A stretch of 53,816 bases of DNA from a virus. Lineage: Duplodnaviria > Caudoviricetes. The stretch spans positions 1-53,816 of IMG/VR virus record IMGVR_UViG_3300007539_000025; one strand, 5' to 3'. Positions 39,831 through 49,504 of this stretch are shown here, piece by piece; within the stretch, counting starts at the first letter, position 1, and each line of letters opens with the position of its first letter. The notes under the pieces are model-generated. The model was not told the DNA's origin. It saw only the letters and a program-made list of their open reading frames with translations, and searched no databases. A program made the position numbers and the translations under genes.

Positions 39831-42800
39831 ATGGAAAAACTATATAATCAATTATATAAGGACGGTAAATATACCAAAACTTTTGAAGACTTTCAATCGC
39901 AGTTTGGTACACCAGAAACATCTGAAAAGCTATATACAGCTTTAAATGAAGCAGGAGACTATACAAGGTCTTTTGATGATTTTAAAGCACAATTCAATAT
40001 AGCGGGAAAGACATCAGACCCTGTAAATGTAGAGGCAACTGCGGGGTCAGTAAACAATACGGCCTCCGAATCGGTAGGTGGTTCTTCGGATTTAGTAGAT
40101 CCTGACGATTTTGAAAACACACAAGAGAAAAACACATGGCTTGAAGATACTTTTGGTAAAAACCAAGTAACAGATTTTTTTGGCGATTTTTATAGAGCTG
40201 GAAGTGCTGGTGCTAAAGCAGGTAGAAGTGTAGATGAAGCTTTTGATCTGTTTAAGTACGGAAGTGAAATGACAGATGAACAAGTTAAAGACTTTCTTGA
40301 TGCTCAAAGAAATATGGAGTCTGGAGGTCAAACAGACGAAATGATTTCGTTTTCTCAGGAGTTTAATGAGCTTAAAGATAAATATGGTGGTATAGGTGGT
40401 ACTTTAGCGGCTTGGTGGAAAAACCCAAGTGTTATGGCTCAATACACTACACAATCTTTAGTTCAAATGGCTAATGCCGCTTATGATAGTGAAGAAGTTT
40501 TTGGTACAGCCGCTGCAGCGTCTGGAGGTGGGGCTGCTGTAGGAGCTGGAACAGGTGCAGCATTAACAGCTATTGGTGGACCATTAGCTGTATTTGGAGC
40601 CGCAACTGGTGCTATTGGTGGTGGTATAGGTGGTTTTTTTGGTGGATTATCAGGCGCTATGGAAACTGGTATGACAACAGCTCAACTAATGCAAGAAGCT
40701 GCTGAAAAAGAAGGTTTAAACTGGGGATCAATGACAGATGATGAAAGGTTTAAATGGGTTAGAAAAATGACCAACGATAAAGAGGCTTTTGATGATATAA
40801 AAAGCAAAGCATTAGCAAGAGGTATAACCATAGGTGCTATTGATGGTGTTGTTGGTGCTGTGTCAGGTGGTGTAGGTGGTGTTGCATTTAAAACAGTTGC
40901 TGGTACAACTAAAAGTGCTCTTGCTGGCGCAGCTAGAGTTAGTGCAGTCGCGGCGTTAGAAACAGGTGGTGGTATGGCTAGTGAATATTATGGTCAAAAA
41001 GCTGCTGGTCAAGAAATGAATCTTGAAGAAATAATGATTGAAGGTTTTGCAGACAAAACATTTACAAGCATAGCCGTTGGTAAAGCTTTAGTTCAAGGTG
41101 CACCTAAATACTCTATAAATGGCCAAACGTTAAATGGTAAAGAATTTAACGATGCTCTTAAAATGATGGACGATGAGGCTTATGTATCTGCTGATATAAA
41201 AGTAGAAAACTCACCTGCAGTTGAAAGAGTTGTAAACAACAGAAGACAAAATATATCTATAGATCAAGATATAGATAGTAGAGTATCTGATGTTAACGAT
41301 AGAGCAGAGCTTATAAAACTAGAAAAACAAGTTGCCGCTTTATCAGGCAATGAAACTGTTTCTGGTAAAAACAAGCTTAATAATTTAAAAGCACGTATTA
41401 AAGAAATAACATCTAAATACGAAGGTGCTGAAGTTGATGCTACTGTTGAGCAAAGAAAACAAGCTGTAGCAAAGGCAATAGATGATAAATTTGAGGCATC
41501 GTTTAATAAAAACTTAAAAGCAACAAAAGAGGCAGCTGCTAAAAAAGGTACAAAAATTGATGTATTTGAAGACGAAGATTCTTTTATAAATAAAATAGCT
41601 GAAAACCAAGGTATAACACCACAACAAGCTAGAAGTATAGATGGTGTTTTAAGTTCTGACGGTGTATTTGTTGGTGATGGTCAAATATATATAAACAAAA
41701 CCAAAGCAAAACAATTTGGATCTGTATCTGTTGCTAGTCACGAATTTTTACACCCTGTATTAAATGCAGCTATTGGTGATACTAAACAACAAGGTAAAAT
41801 AGTTAATGACTTTAAAAAACAATTAACTAGTAAACAAAGATCGTATGTAGAAAAAACACTACGTGAAAAAGGTTATAGTCAATCAGAGTACGCTACAGAG
41901 TATTTAAACATATTTTCAGATGGTATACAAAAAGGTGATATAAACTATGATCAAAACTTATTTGAAAAAATAGGTGAAGCTATAAAAAGATTTTTTGTAG
42001 GTAAAGGTTTTGATAATATATCGTTTGATAATGGTAGAGATGTATATAACTTTTTAAAAGAGTATAACACAAGTATTAAGCAAGAGGGCAAGGTTAGCCA
42101 AAAGGCTATGGATGCTATAACTACTGCAGAACAAAAAACTGGTAGAAAAGTTGGTACAGTTGGTACAGCTGGTAGCATGCAAATGTCAAGAGCTGAAGAC
42201 GTATCTGAAATAAATCAAATATACGATAACACACCTGATAAAACACAAGCTGGTTTTGAAATAGCTCAGAAATATAGAGGTATGGCTGAGTCTGTGTTTA
42301 AACAACTTAGAGATGGTCAAAACCTTACACCAGATCAACAAGATGTTTTAAACCAAAACAAAGAAGATATTATAGCTATGATGCTATATGACAAAATACC
42401 TAGTCAAAGACAAGATTCTAAAGCTAGAAACGTATTAGGTTTAGTACAGGACTTTGTTAAAGAAAAGCAAAAATATGGTAATGTTGCTGCTTATATAAAT
42501 ACGTTTTTTAAAAACAGATCAAAAGAAGTTACTCAATACTTTATACCTGATGCAGTGTTAGAAGGTATGGAGACACAAGAAGGTACTTTAAAAAAATCCG
42601 TTGCCACTAAAACAGCTGATCAAAAAACAACTAAACCCCAAGGTCCAAAAGCTAGAAAAATAACTAGCTTTGAAAAGTTAACTATAGATGGTGAAGAATT
42701 TTACACACCAGCTATGAAAGCTGAAGTTGCTAAAAGAGTAGCTGCTAACGTAAGCATAAACGCTAGAAAAGGTTTAAACGTAAATGAAGTAGTTAAATCT

Positions 42801-45800
42801 ATAGAAGAAGACGTTAAAACTGTGATTAGAGACGTTATTAAAAAACAAATGGGTAAAGTTTCAAAAGTAAAAGGTGAAACTGTTATAAGCCCTGAGTATC
42901 AAAACTTCTTAGATCAGTCTTATGATATGTTTGTAAAGTCAATGCCTTTATCAACTATCAAGAGACGTTATAGTAAGTTATTTAAATTAAAAAAATTAGG
43001 TAGAGAACAAACAGCTGTAGGTAAAGGTATATTTCAAATGACTAAGCCTACTAAACAAGAGTTTAACACTTTCTTTACAAAAGGTGGTTATACCACATTA
43101 ATTGAAAGACAAAAAGGTATAGCTGTAGCTATGGCTGAAGAGTTTGCGGCTAATGAAACTAGTAGGTTATCAACTGATCAAAACTTTTTAGAAAAAATAG
43201 CTAGCATATTAGAGATAAGTGATGTAGCGTTAGTACCAGAAGCTCAACTACAACAGTTGATAAAAGATATTGCTAAAGCACAAGACAGAAAGATTAGTGA
43301 AGCTAGAGGCTTTGATCAAACATTACAGTTTAGTAAAACTATGTTTGAAACAAATCAAGAAGATAAAGTTACTTCTGTTTTGAGTTTTGGTGTAACAAAT
43401 CAAATAATCAAAAACACTTATTTAGAGTGGAAACAAACTGGAAAACCAAAATCAGGAAAATGGTTGGAGGTAGCTTTATTAAGAATACTACCTAATAATG
43501 GTAATATTGAGCAAGCTAGACAAATAGCCAAAGAGCTAGCTGGTAAACAAAAGGGTTTTCAAAGAAACATAACAGCTTTAGCTGATGCAAAAGGTATAGA
43601 TTTAGTTGTTGAAGATATAGTTAAATTCGTAATAGATCCTGATGCTAATAACAGTGTAGAAATAATAAATGCTAAGCTAGGTATAAAGTCTCAATATGAT
43701 GGTAAAAACCTAGGTCACGTAAATGAAGCTAGAGCTTTAGCTAAAAAGCTTAAAGATGCTATTGGTGAAGATAGTTTTATAAAAAGTTTATACCAAGGTT
43801 TTGTTAGTCCAGCTAGATTAGCTAATTTTAAAGCTAAAAAAACACCAGATTTGTTTATAAAAGACGATCAAGTAACTATAGCTAAAGACGAGAAAACTGG
43901 TAAAGATAAGAAAAACTACTATAGTTTATTTGCTGATGTCGTTGACGCAGGAAAAAACTTACTTATAAAATCTACAGCTGGTAAATTTAGAGACGGTAAT
44001 CAAACTAAAAAGAATTGGTTTTTTAGTAAAGTATACAATAAATTATCAGACGCTGGTAAAATAGCGTTTACTAAAAAACTATTAAAATCAGCTAAAAAAG
44101 AACAAAAAACATTTTTAGAGGTAGTAAATGTATTAAGAGAGTCTTATAAAGATAATTCTGCTAGTCCTCAAGCTATAGAAGGTGTTTTACTATCTATGTT
44201 TGGTGTTATGACTGGTTTGGGTAAAGCTATGGCTGGTATAAAATTTTTACCTGTAGATCCAGTAACAGGCAAACTTTTAACAATGGAAGATCTTTTTAAA
44301 ATGGATCTTGCTTTTAAAAACGATGCAGGTGTGTTTGAGCACATGAAACCTGCAGATTATATAAAAGGTTTAGCTTACTATTACATAACAACAGGTAAAG
44401 GTTTAGATGTTTTAACTAGTGAACTAGACTCTTACGATATAGCTATAATACCTGACAGAGTAGACAAAGTCATAACAGGTAGAGGAAATCAAAGTTATTT
44501 GGGACTTCTTTATAAACCAGGTGTAAATCCTTTTGGTCGTGGGCAAAGATATAGAGGTTTAGGTATTTCGTTTATGAATATTGAAACAGGTGAAATTGTT
44601 AGAAGTGGTCTGCAGTTTAGTAGAAACTCGCAACAAAGACAAAACTTAAACAAAGCAATAGAGCTAGCTAGAGATCCTAATAAAAAAGAAAAAGGTATAA
44701 GTGTATTTGATTTTGATGATACACTAGCACAAACAAATAGCATGGTTATAGTTAAAATGCCTGATGGTAAAACTATGGAGATAGATGCTACAAGGTTTGC
44801 GCTTGAGTCTGCTGATCTTGAAGCTGCAGGAGCTATATTTGATTTTAGTCAATTTAATCAAGTTATAGATGGTAAGAAAGGTCCATTGTTTGATTTAGCT
44901 ACAAGAAGACAAGACAAGTTTACTAGTAAAGATATATTTGTGTTAACAGCTAGACCACAAGAAGCAGCTATAGCAATACACGCTTTCTTAAAAGGTATGG
45001 GATTAAACATACCTATGAAAAACATAGTTGGTTTAGCGGACGGTAGACCAGAAGCTAAATCAGACTGGATAATAGGTAAAGCTGCTGAAGGTTATAACAA
45101 CTTCTACTTTGCAGATGACGCTTATAAAAATGTTAAAGCAGTACAAGATGTGCTTAACCAGATCGATGTTAAGTCTGATGTGCAACAAGCGTTTATACAG
45201 TTTAGTAGAACTATGGACGAAAGCTTTAACGATATATTAGAAGAAACAAAAGGTGTTAAGTCTGAAGCTAGATTTAGTGATGCTGCAGCTAGAGCAAGAG
45301 GAGCTAAAAAAGGTAACTTCTTTAAAAACTTATTTGTACCACCATCAGCTGAAGACTTTGTAGGTTTATTATATTCTTTCTTAGCTAAAGGTAAAAAAGG
45401 TGAACAACAAATGGCTTTCTTTGAAAAAGCATTAATAAAACCTTTTGCTAGAGCAATGCAAGAGCTTGCAGCGGCTAGACAGGTTTATGCTAGCGGTTTA
45501 AGAAGTATAAAGAAAGCTTACCCAGATGTAACAAAGAGGTTAGCCAAGCCGACTAAGTATAACGAGTTTAATCACGACACAGCAATAAGAGCTTACATAT
45601 GGAATAAATTAGGTTATGATATTCCAGGTATGTCTAAGACAGATATTAAGAGATTAACAGAATTAGTTGAAAATGATCCAAGTTTAAAAGCTTTTGCTCA
45701 AGACTTAATGGATTTAACGCAAGACAGAAAATATGTACAACCTGGTGAAAGCTGGTTAGCTGGTAATATAGCTACAGATATAAAAGATATAACTGATAAG

Positions 45801-47306
45801 GTTGGTAGAAAAGAGTTTTTAAAACAGTGGATAGATAACAAAAATGTTATATTCTCAAAAGAGAATATGAACAAGATAGAAGCTATATACGGTAAAGATT
45901 TTAGAGAAGCTTTAGAAGATATGCTTTATCGTATGGAGAACGGTACTAACAGAAACTTTGGTGGGCAAAGTAGATTAGTAAATAGTTTTACAAATTGGGT
46001 TAACAACTCTGTTGGTGCTATAATGTTCTTCAATATTAGATCAGCTGTACTACAAACATTATCTATGGTTAACTTTGTTAACTGGACAGATAATAACCCT
46101 GTAGCAGCAGGAGCAGCTTTATTAAACGTGAAGCAGTTTGCAAAAGACTTTGTTACTATATTTAACTCAGACATGTTAAAACAACGTAGAAGAGGTATTG
46201 GTAGAGATATTAATGAATCTGAGATAGCTGAAGCAATGTATGGTAAAAAGAACAAACCAAAAGCTATACTTAACTATCTGTTGAGAATTGGTTTTACACC
46301 TACACAGATAGCGGATAGTTTTGCTATAGCAGCCGGTGGTGCTTCTTTTTATAGAAACAGAATAAAAACATACATGAAAAAAGGCATATCAAGAGCTGAA
46401 GCTGAGCAACAGGCTTTTGCTGATTTTGCTGAAATATCTGAAAAAACACAGCAGTCATCTAGACCAGATCTTATATCACAACAGCAAGCTGGTCCATTAG
46501 GTCGTTTGATATTAGCTTTTCAAAACACACCTATGCAGTACACTAGATTAATAAAGAAAGCTTTTCTTGATCTTGTAAATGGTAGAGGTGATATGAAAAC
46601 TAATATAAGTAAAATAGCTTATTATGGTTTTGTACAAAACTTAATATTCGCTTCAATGCAATCAGCTTTATTTGCTTTAATGTTTACAGACAAAGAAGAA
46701 GACGAAGACTTCGCTGAAAACAAAAAAGAAAGAGTAGCTAACTCAATGGTTGATACGTTACTAAGAGGTACAGGTGTATATGGAGCTGGTATTGCTACTA
46801 TAAAAAACATGATCAAAAGATTTGTTAAAGAAGAAGAGAAAGACTTTGGTACCGATCACACGTATACGATAATAGAAGCTGTAAACTTATCACCGCCAGT
46901 AGGTAGTAAATTAAGAAAACTATACTCAGGTATACAAACGTATAGATTTAATAAAGATCTTATATCTCATAAAGGTTTTGCGTTAGATAATCCTGCTTAT
47001 CAAGCTGGTGGTAATGTTGTATCTGCTTTAACAAACGTTCCATTAGACAGGTTATTTAATAAAATGAATAACCTTAGAGCTTCAATGAATAATAACAACG
47101 AAGCTTGGCAAAGAATAGCGTTAGCGCTAGGTTGGAACACTTGGGATGTAGACGCTGAACTTGATCCTGAATTAGATAAGTTAAAAGAGTTTTTAAAGAA
47201 AAAAAGAAAAGCAAATCAAGCGAAAGATCCAGATTACAGAAAAAAACAGATTGAAAGATATAAAAAACAAAGAAAAGAAAAGATCAAAAAACTAAAAAAC
47301 AAATAA
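39831..47306 (+). CDS. large polyvalent putative ejected protein (Gly-rich TM region, zincin, sigma2-like, nuclease-like, HAD, helical C-terminal domain)
   Basis: HEFLH at aa 637; FDFDDTL/LTAR/K/ADD HAD motifs at aa 1626-1763; Q[FM]S[RK] linkers at aa 784, 1166, 1595, 1790. Confidence 0.8.
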   Translation: MEKLYNQLYKDGKYTKTFEDFQSQFGTPETSEKLYTALNEAGDYTRSFDDFKAQFNIAGKTSDPVNVEATAGSVNNTASESVGGSSDLVDPDDFENTQEKNTWLEDTFGKNQVTDFFGDFYRAGSAGAKAGRSVDEAFDLFKYGSEMTDEQVKDFLDAQRNMESGGQTDEMISFSQEFNELKDKYGGIGGTLAAWWKNPSVMAQYTTQSLVQMANAAYDSEEVFGTAAAASGGGAAVGAGTGAALTAIGGPLAVFGAATGAIGGGIGGFFGGLSGAMETGMTTAQLMQEAAEKEGLNWGSMTDDERFKWVRKMTNDKEAFDDIKSKALARGITIGAIDGVVGAVSGGVGGVAFKTVAGTTKSALAGAARVSAVAALETGGGMASEYYGQKAAGQEMNLEEIMIEGFADKTFTSIAVGKALVQGAPKYSINGQTLNGKEFNDALKMMDDEAYVSADIKVENSPAVERVVNNRRQNISIDQDIDSRVSDVNDRAELIKLEKQVAALSGNETVSGKNKLNNLKARIKEITSKYEGAEVDATVEQRKQAVAKAIDDKFEASFNKNLKATKEAAAKKGTKIDVFEDEDSFINKIAENQGITPQQARSIDGVLSSDGVFVGDGQIYINKTKAKQFGSVSVASHEFLHPVLNAAIGDTKQQGKIVNDFKKQLTSKQRSYVEKTLREKGYSQSEYATEYLNIFSDGIQKGDINYDQNLFEKIGEAIKRFFVGKGFDNISFDNGRDVYNFLKEYNTSIKQEGKVSQKAMDAITTAEQKTGRKVGTVGTAGSMQMSRAEDVSEINQIYDNTPDKTQAGFEIAQKYRGMAESVFKQLRDGQNLTPDQQDVLNQNKEDIIAMMLYDKIPSQRQDSKARNVLGLVQDFVKEKQKYGNVAAYINTFFKNRSKEVTQYFIPDAVLEGMETQEGTLKKSVATKTADQKTTKPQGPKARKITSFEKLTIDGEEFYTPAMKAEVAKRVAANVSINARKGLNVNEVVKSIEEDVKTVIRDVIKKQMGKVSKVKGETVISPEYQNFLDQSYDMFVKSMPLSTIKRRYSKLFKLKKLGREQTAVGKGIFQMTKPTKQEFNTFFTKGGYTTLIERQKGIAVAMAEEFAANETSRLSTDQNFLEKIASILEISDVALVPEAQLQQLIKDIAKAQDRKISEARGFDQTLQFSKTMFETNQEDKVTSVLSFGVTNQIIKNTYLEWKQTGKPKSGKWLEVALLRILPNNGNIEQARQIAKELAGKQKGFQRNITALADAKGIDLVVEDIVKFVIDPDANNSVEIINAKLGIKSQYDGKNLGHVNEARALAKKLKDAIGEDSFIKSLYQGFVSPARLANFKAKKTPDLFIKDDQVTIAKDEKTGKDKKNYYSLFADVVDAGKNLLIKSTAGKFRDGNQTKKNWFFSKVYNKLSDAGKIAFTKKLLKSAKKEQKTFLEVVNVLRESYKDNSASPQAIEGVLLSMFGVMTGLGKAMAGIKFLPVDPVTGKLLTMEDLFKMDLAFKNDAGVFEHMKPADYIKGLAYYYITTGKGLDVLTSELDSYDIAIIPDRVDKVITGRGNQSYLGLLYKPGVNPFGRGQRYRGLGISFMNIETGEIVRSGLQFSRNSQQRQNLNKAIELARDPNKKEKGISVFDFDDTLAQTNSMVIVKMPDGKTMEIDATRFALESADLEAAGAIFDFSQFNQVIDGKKGPLFDLATRRQDKFTSKDIFVLTARPQEAAIAIHAFLKGMGLNIPMKNIVGLADGRPEAKSDWIIGKAAEGYNNFYFADDAYKNVKAVQDVLNQIDVKSDVQQAFIQFSRTMDESFNDILEETKGVKSEARFSDAAARARGAKKGNFFKNLFVPPSAEDFVGLLYSFLAKGKKGEQQMAFFEKALIKPFARAMQELAAARQVYASGLRSIKKAYPDVTKRLAKPTKYNEFNHDTAIRAYIWNKLGYDIPGMSKTDIKRLTELVENDPSLKAFAQDLMDLTQDRKYVQPGESWLAGNIATDIKDITDKVGRKEFLKQWIDNKNVIFSKENMNKIEAIYGKDFREALEDMLYRMENGTNRNFGGQSRLVNSFTNWVNNSVGAIMFFNIRSAVLQTLSMVNFVNWTDNNPVAAGAALLNVKQFAKDFVTIFNSDMLKQRRRGIGRDINESEIAEAMYGKKNKPKAILNYLLRIGFTPTQIADSFAIAAGGASFYRNRIKTYMKKGISRAEAEQQAFADFAEISEKTQQSSRPDLISQQQAGPLGRLILAFQNTPMQYTRLIKKAFLDLVNGRGDMKTNISKIAYYGFVQNLIFASMQSALFALMFTDKEEDEDFAENKKERVANSMVDTLLRGTGVYGAGIATIKNMIKRFVKEEEKDFGTDHTYTIIEAVNLSPPVGSKLRKLYSGIQTYRFNKDLISHKGFALDNPAYQAGGNVVSALTNVPLDRLFNKMNNLRASMNNNNEAWQRIALALGWNTWDVDAELDPELDKLKEFLKKKRKANQAKDPDYRKKQIERYKKQRKEKIKKLKNK

Positions 47307-48487
47307 TGAAACAACTACTAACGCTACTACTCGCTATACTAAGTTTAAACATAAGTGCTCAAGAAAAAAAAGAAGGTTTTTTTAAGCAGCTATATGGTGA
47401 TTTTTTACAGTATGGAACTGTTTACGCTGCAGGTAATATAGGTAATGCTAGATTAGAAAGAGAAAATTACTTTATAAGAACTAATCCAGATAACTTATAT
47501 GATATACCTCAGGTTGTAGATAAAACTGTATATCACCCTCACGACTATAGATTGGGTGTAGGTATAAGAAAATTAGCTAGATTTGGTTATGAAGCTAAAC
47601 CAAACTTTTATAACGGTACAGAAAATAATGTAGGTCTATCTGCTCCTACAGCAGCTATAAAAGGTTTAGAGTATTTGTTACACTGGGAAAAACAAAGAGT
47701 TAATGGTAATGAGTTTAACAACAAGAGACTATTTGTCAGACATACTGGTAAACATCACATAGCTAAATATGAAACAAGAGAATCAGGTAATGTAGGTTTT
47801 GAATACACGTCTGGTGAACTTAGATTACGTATACCTATAGGTAGAAAATTTAGCGTATCTGCTGGTGCTATATATCGTACACACCAAAAAGCATATGGGT
47901 ATAATCCTATTGAAATATGGTTGAACGAGCAAGATGCTGATGGTAATGCTTTAAATCCATGGTGGACACTTGGTTATCAATATGGTTATCAAGATATATA
48001 CTATAACTCAACAGATCAAAACGGTGTTCAAACTTTTAACTGGTATTGGGTAGATGCACAGGGTAATACAGTTGCTTACACCGATGAACAATTTAGAGAT
48101 CAAGTTTACGGTAGATTAATGAATAGATTTAATAACGAAAGATGGTCTGAGCTAGATGCTTTTGCGGAAGTAGCGCCTATCGTCGGTTTTGATTTTTATC
48201 ACTACAAAAACAGCTTTTGGCTTCATGCGTATGGTAACTGGATACTACCTCACCATAAATATGTATCAGGCAACGAAGACTTTAGTTATTTACATCGTAA
48301 TAGTTGGGGCTTAGGTGGTCATAACGATCTACTAGACGGCGAACAATGGGACGATTACCAAGCAGGTTTAATGTTTGGCTGGAAAGTTAGTAAGGCTATT
48401 GGAATTTTTGTTGAAGGAGAATATACTAAATTTTGGGACTCAGAAATATATCAAACAAATTTTGGATTAAATATAACCTTTAGATAA
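47306..48487 (+). CDS. exported protein, putative outer-membrane beta-barrel
   Basis: Sec signal MKQLLTLLLAILSLNISA-Q; alternating beta strands; aromatic-rich; ends FGLNITFR. Confidence 0.65.
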   Translation: MKQLLTLLLAILSLNISAQEKKEGFFKQLYGDFLQYGTVYAAGNIGNARLERENYFIRTNPDNLYDIPQVVDKTVYHPHDYRLGVGIRKLARFGYEAKPNFYNGTENNVGLSAPTAAIKGLEYLLHWEKQRVNGNEFNNKRLFVRHTGKHHIAKYETRESGNVGFEYTSGELRLRIPIGRKFSVSAGAIYRTHQKAYGYNPIEIWLNEQDADGNALNPWWTLGYQYGYQDIYYNSTDQNGVQTFNWYWVDAQGNTVAYTDEQFRDQVYGRLMNRFNNERWSELDAFAEVAPIVGFDFYHYKNSFWLHAYGNWILPHHKYVSGNEDFSYLHRNSWGLGGHNDLLDGEQWDDYQAGLMFGWKVSKAIGIFVEGEYTKFWDSEIYQTNFGLNITFR

Positions 48488-48801
48488 TGGCAGAAATATC
48501 AGAAAAATCAAAAGTATCATTAGACATAAAAGCTGTTATAGGTGCTGTAATTGGTATAGTATCTATAGCTGGTGTCTGGTTTACGTTAACAGCTGAAATA
48601 GCTCAATTACAATTAGATGTAATTAGAATGCAAGACGCGGTAGCACTAAACGAAGAGTTTAGAATTAAATGGCCTCGTGGCGAGATGGGTGCATTGCCTG
48701 ATGACGCTAAGCAAGATTTAAGAATACAATATTTACAAGACGACGTAGAGCAACTAAAATATGTTGTAAAAGCTCTCGAAATAGACAACGCTAAAAAGTA
48801 A
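48487..48801 (+). CDS. single-TM coiled-coil protein
   Basis: N-terminal TM helix; paralogous to the next gene. Confidence 0.7.
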   Translation: MAEISEKSKVSLDIKAVIGAVIGIVSIAGVWFTLTAEIAQLQLDVIRMQDAVALNEEFRIKWPRGEMGALPDDAKQDLRIQYLQDDVEQLKYVVKALEIDNAKK

Positions 48802-48805
48802 AACA

Positions 48806-49090
48806 ATGGCAAAACAAATAGGTGAAAATACTAAAATAACTTTAGATTTAAAGACTATGGGTATGATAATAGGTGGTGTTATATCATTAGCTTTAATGTA
48901 TTTTACATTGCAGGCTGATATAGCGTTAGCTAAGGAACTTCCCAAACCAGTTATTGATAGAGTCGAATATGATCTTAAAGACGAGTTGATACGTCAGACA
49001 ATACTAGATACTCAAGATGACGTTGAAGCAATGAAGGAACAGTTAGATAAAATAGATGAAAGACTCTACGAACTACAACAAAGAAGATAA
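48806..49090 (+). CDS. single-TM coiled-coil protein
   Basis: IGENTKITLDLK versus ISEKSKVSLDIK; both have FTLxAxIA. Confidence 0.7.
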   Translation: MAKQIGENTKITLDLKTMGMIIGGVISLALMYFTLQADIALAKELPKPVIDRVEYDLKDELIRQTILDTQDDVEAMKEQLDKIDERLYELQQRR

Positions 49091-49500
49091 TGAAAAACTT
49101 AATTTTAATTTTAATACCATTTGTAACCTTTTCACAAGTCGAAGTACCTGACAAATACTGGTTAGACGACTCTTCATTTGATAGTACTATATCAGGAACT
49201 AGTGCTTTTGGAGATGACAACACAGAAACAATAGTTGTAGAGTTTTGGGCTAAGTTTAATGAAGCTAATTGCTTTGCTGAATGGAAAGATTTAGAAGACG
49301 CTAAATATTATAGGGTAGATATATCAAAAGCACCAGCAGCTAAAAAAGAATATAAAGTTCGTATGGCACCTACTATTTTAATATTTAAAAATGGTAGTGT
49401 TGAAAAAGTATTTAAAGCAGGTTTAGATCTGCTACTACCAACAAACCTAGGTGAAATACAAGAGGTAATAAATGAAATAAACGAAGCAAGTAAATTTTAA
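49090..49500 (+). CDS. exported thioredoxin-fold protein without CxxC
   Basis: Signal peptide; VVEFWA, YRVDI, YKVRMAPTILIFKNG. Confidence 0.7.
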   Translation: MKNLILILIPFVTFSQVEVPDKYWLDDSSFDSTISGTSAFGDDNTETIVVEFWAKFNEANCFAEWKDLEDAKYYRVDISKAPAAKKEYKVRMAPTILIFKNGSVEKVFKAGLDLLLPTNLGEIQEVINEINEASKF

Positions 49501-49504
49501 ATAA

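Noticed and set aside
44703-44726. DFDD as the catalytic DxDxD motif of a crAss-type virion RNA polymerase
   Set aside because: The motif reads DFDDT, lacking the third Asp, and is followed by HAD motifs II-IV at the expected spacing.
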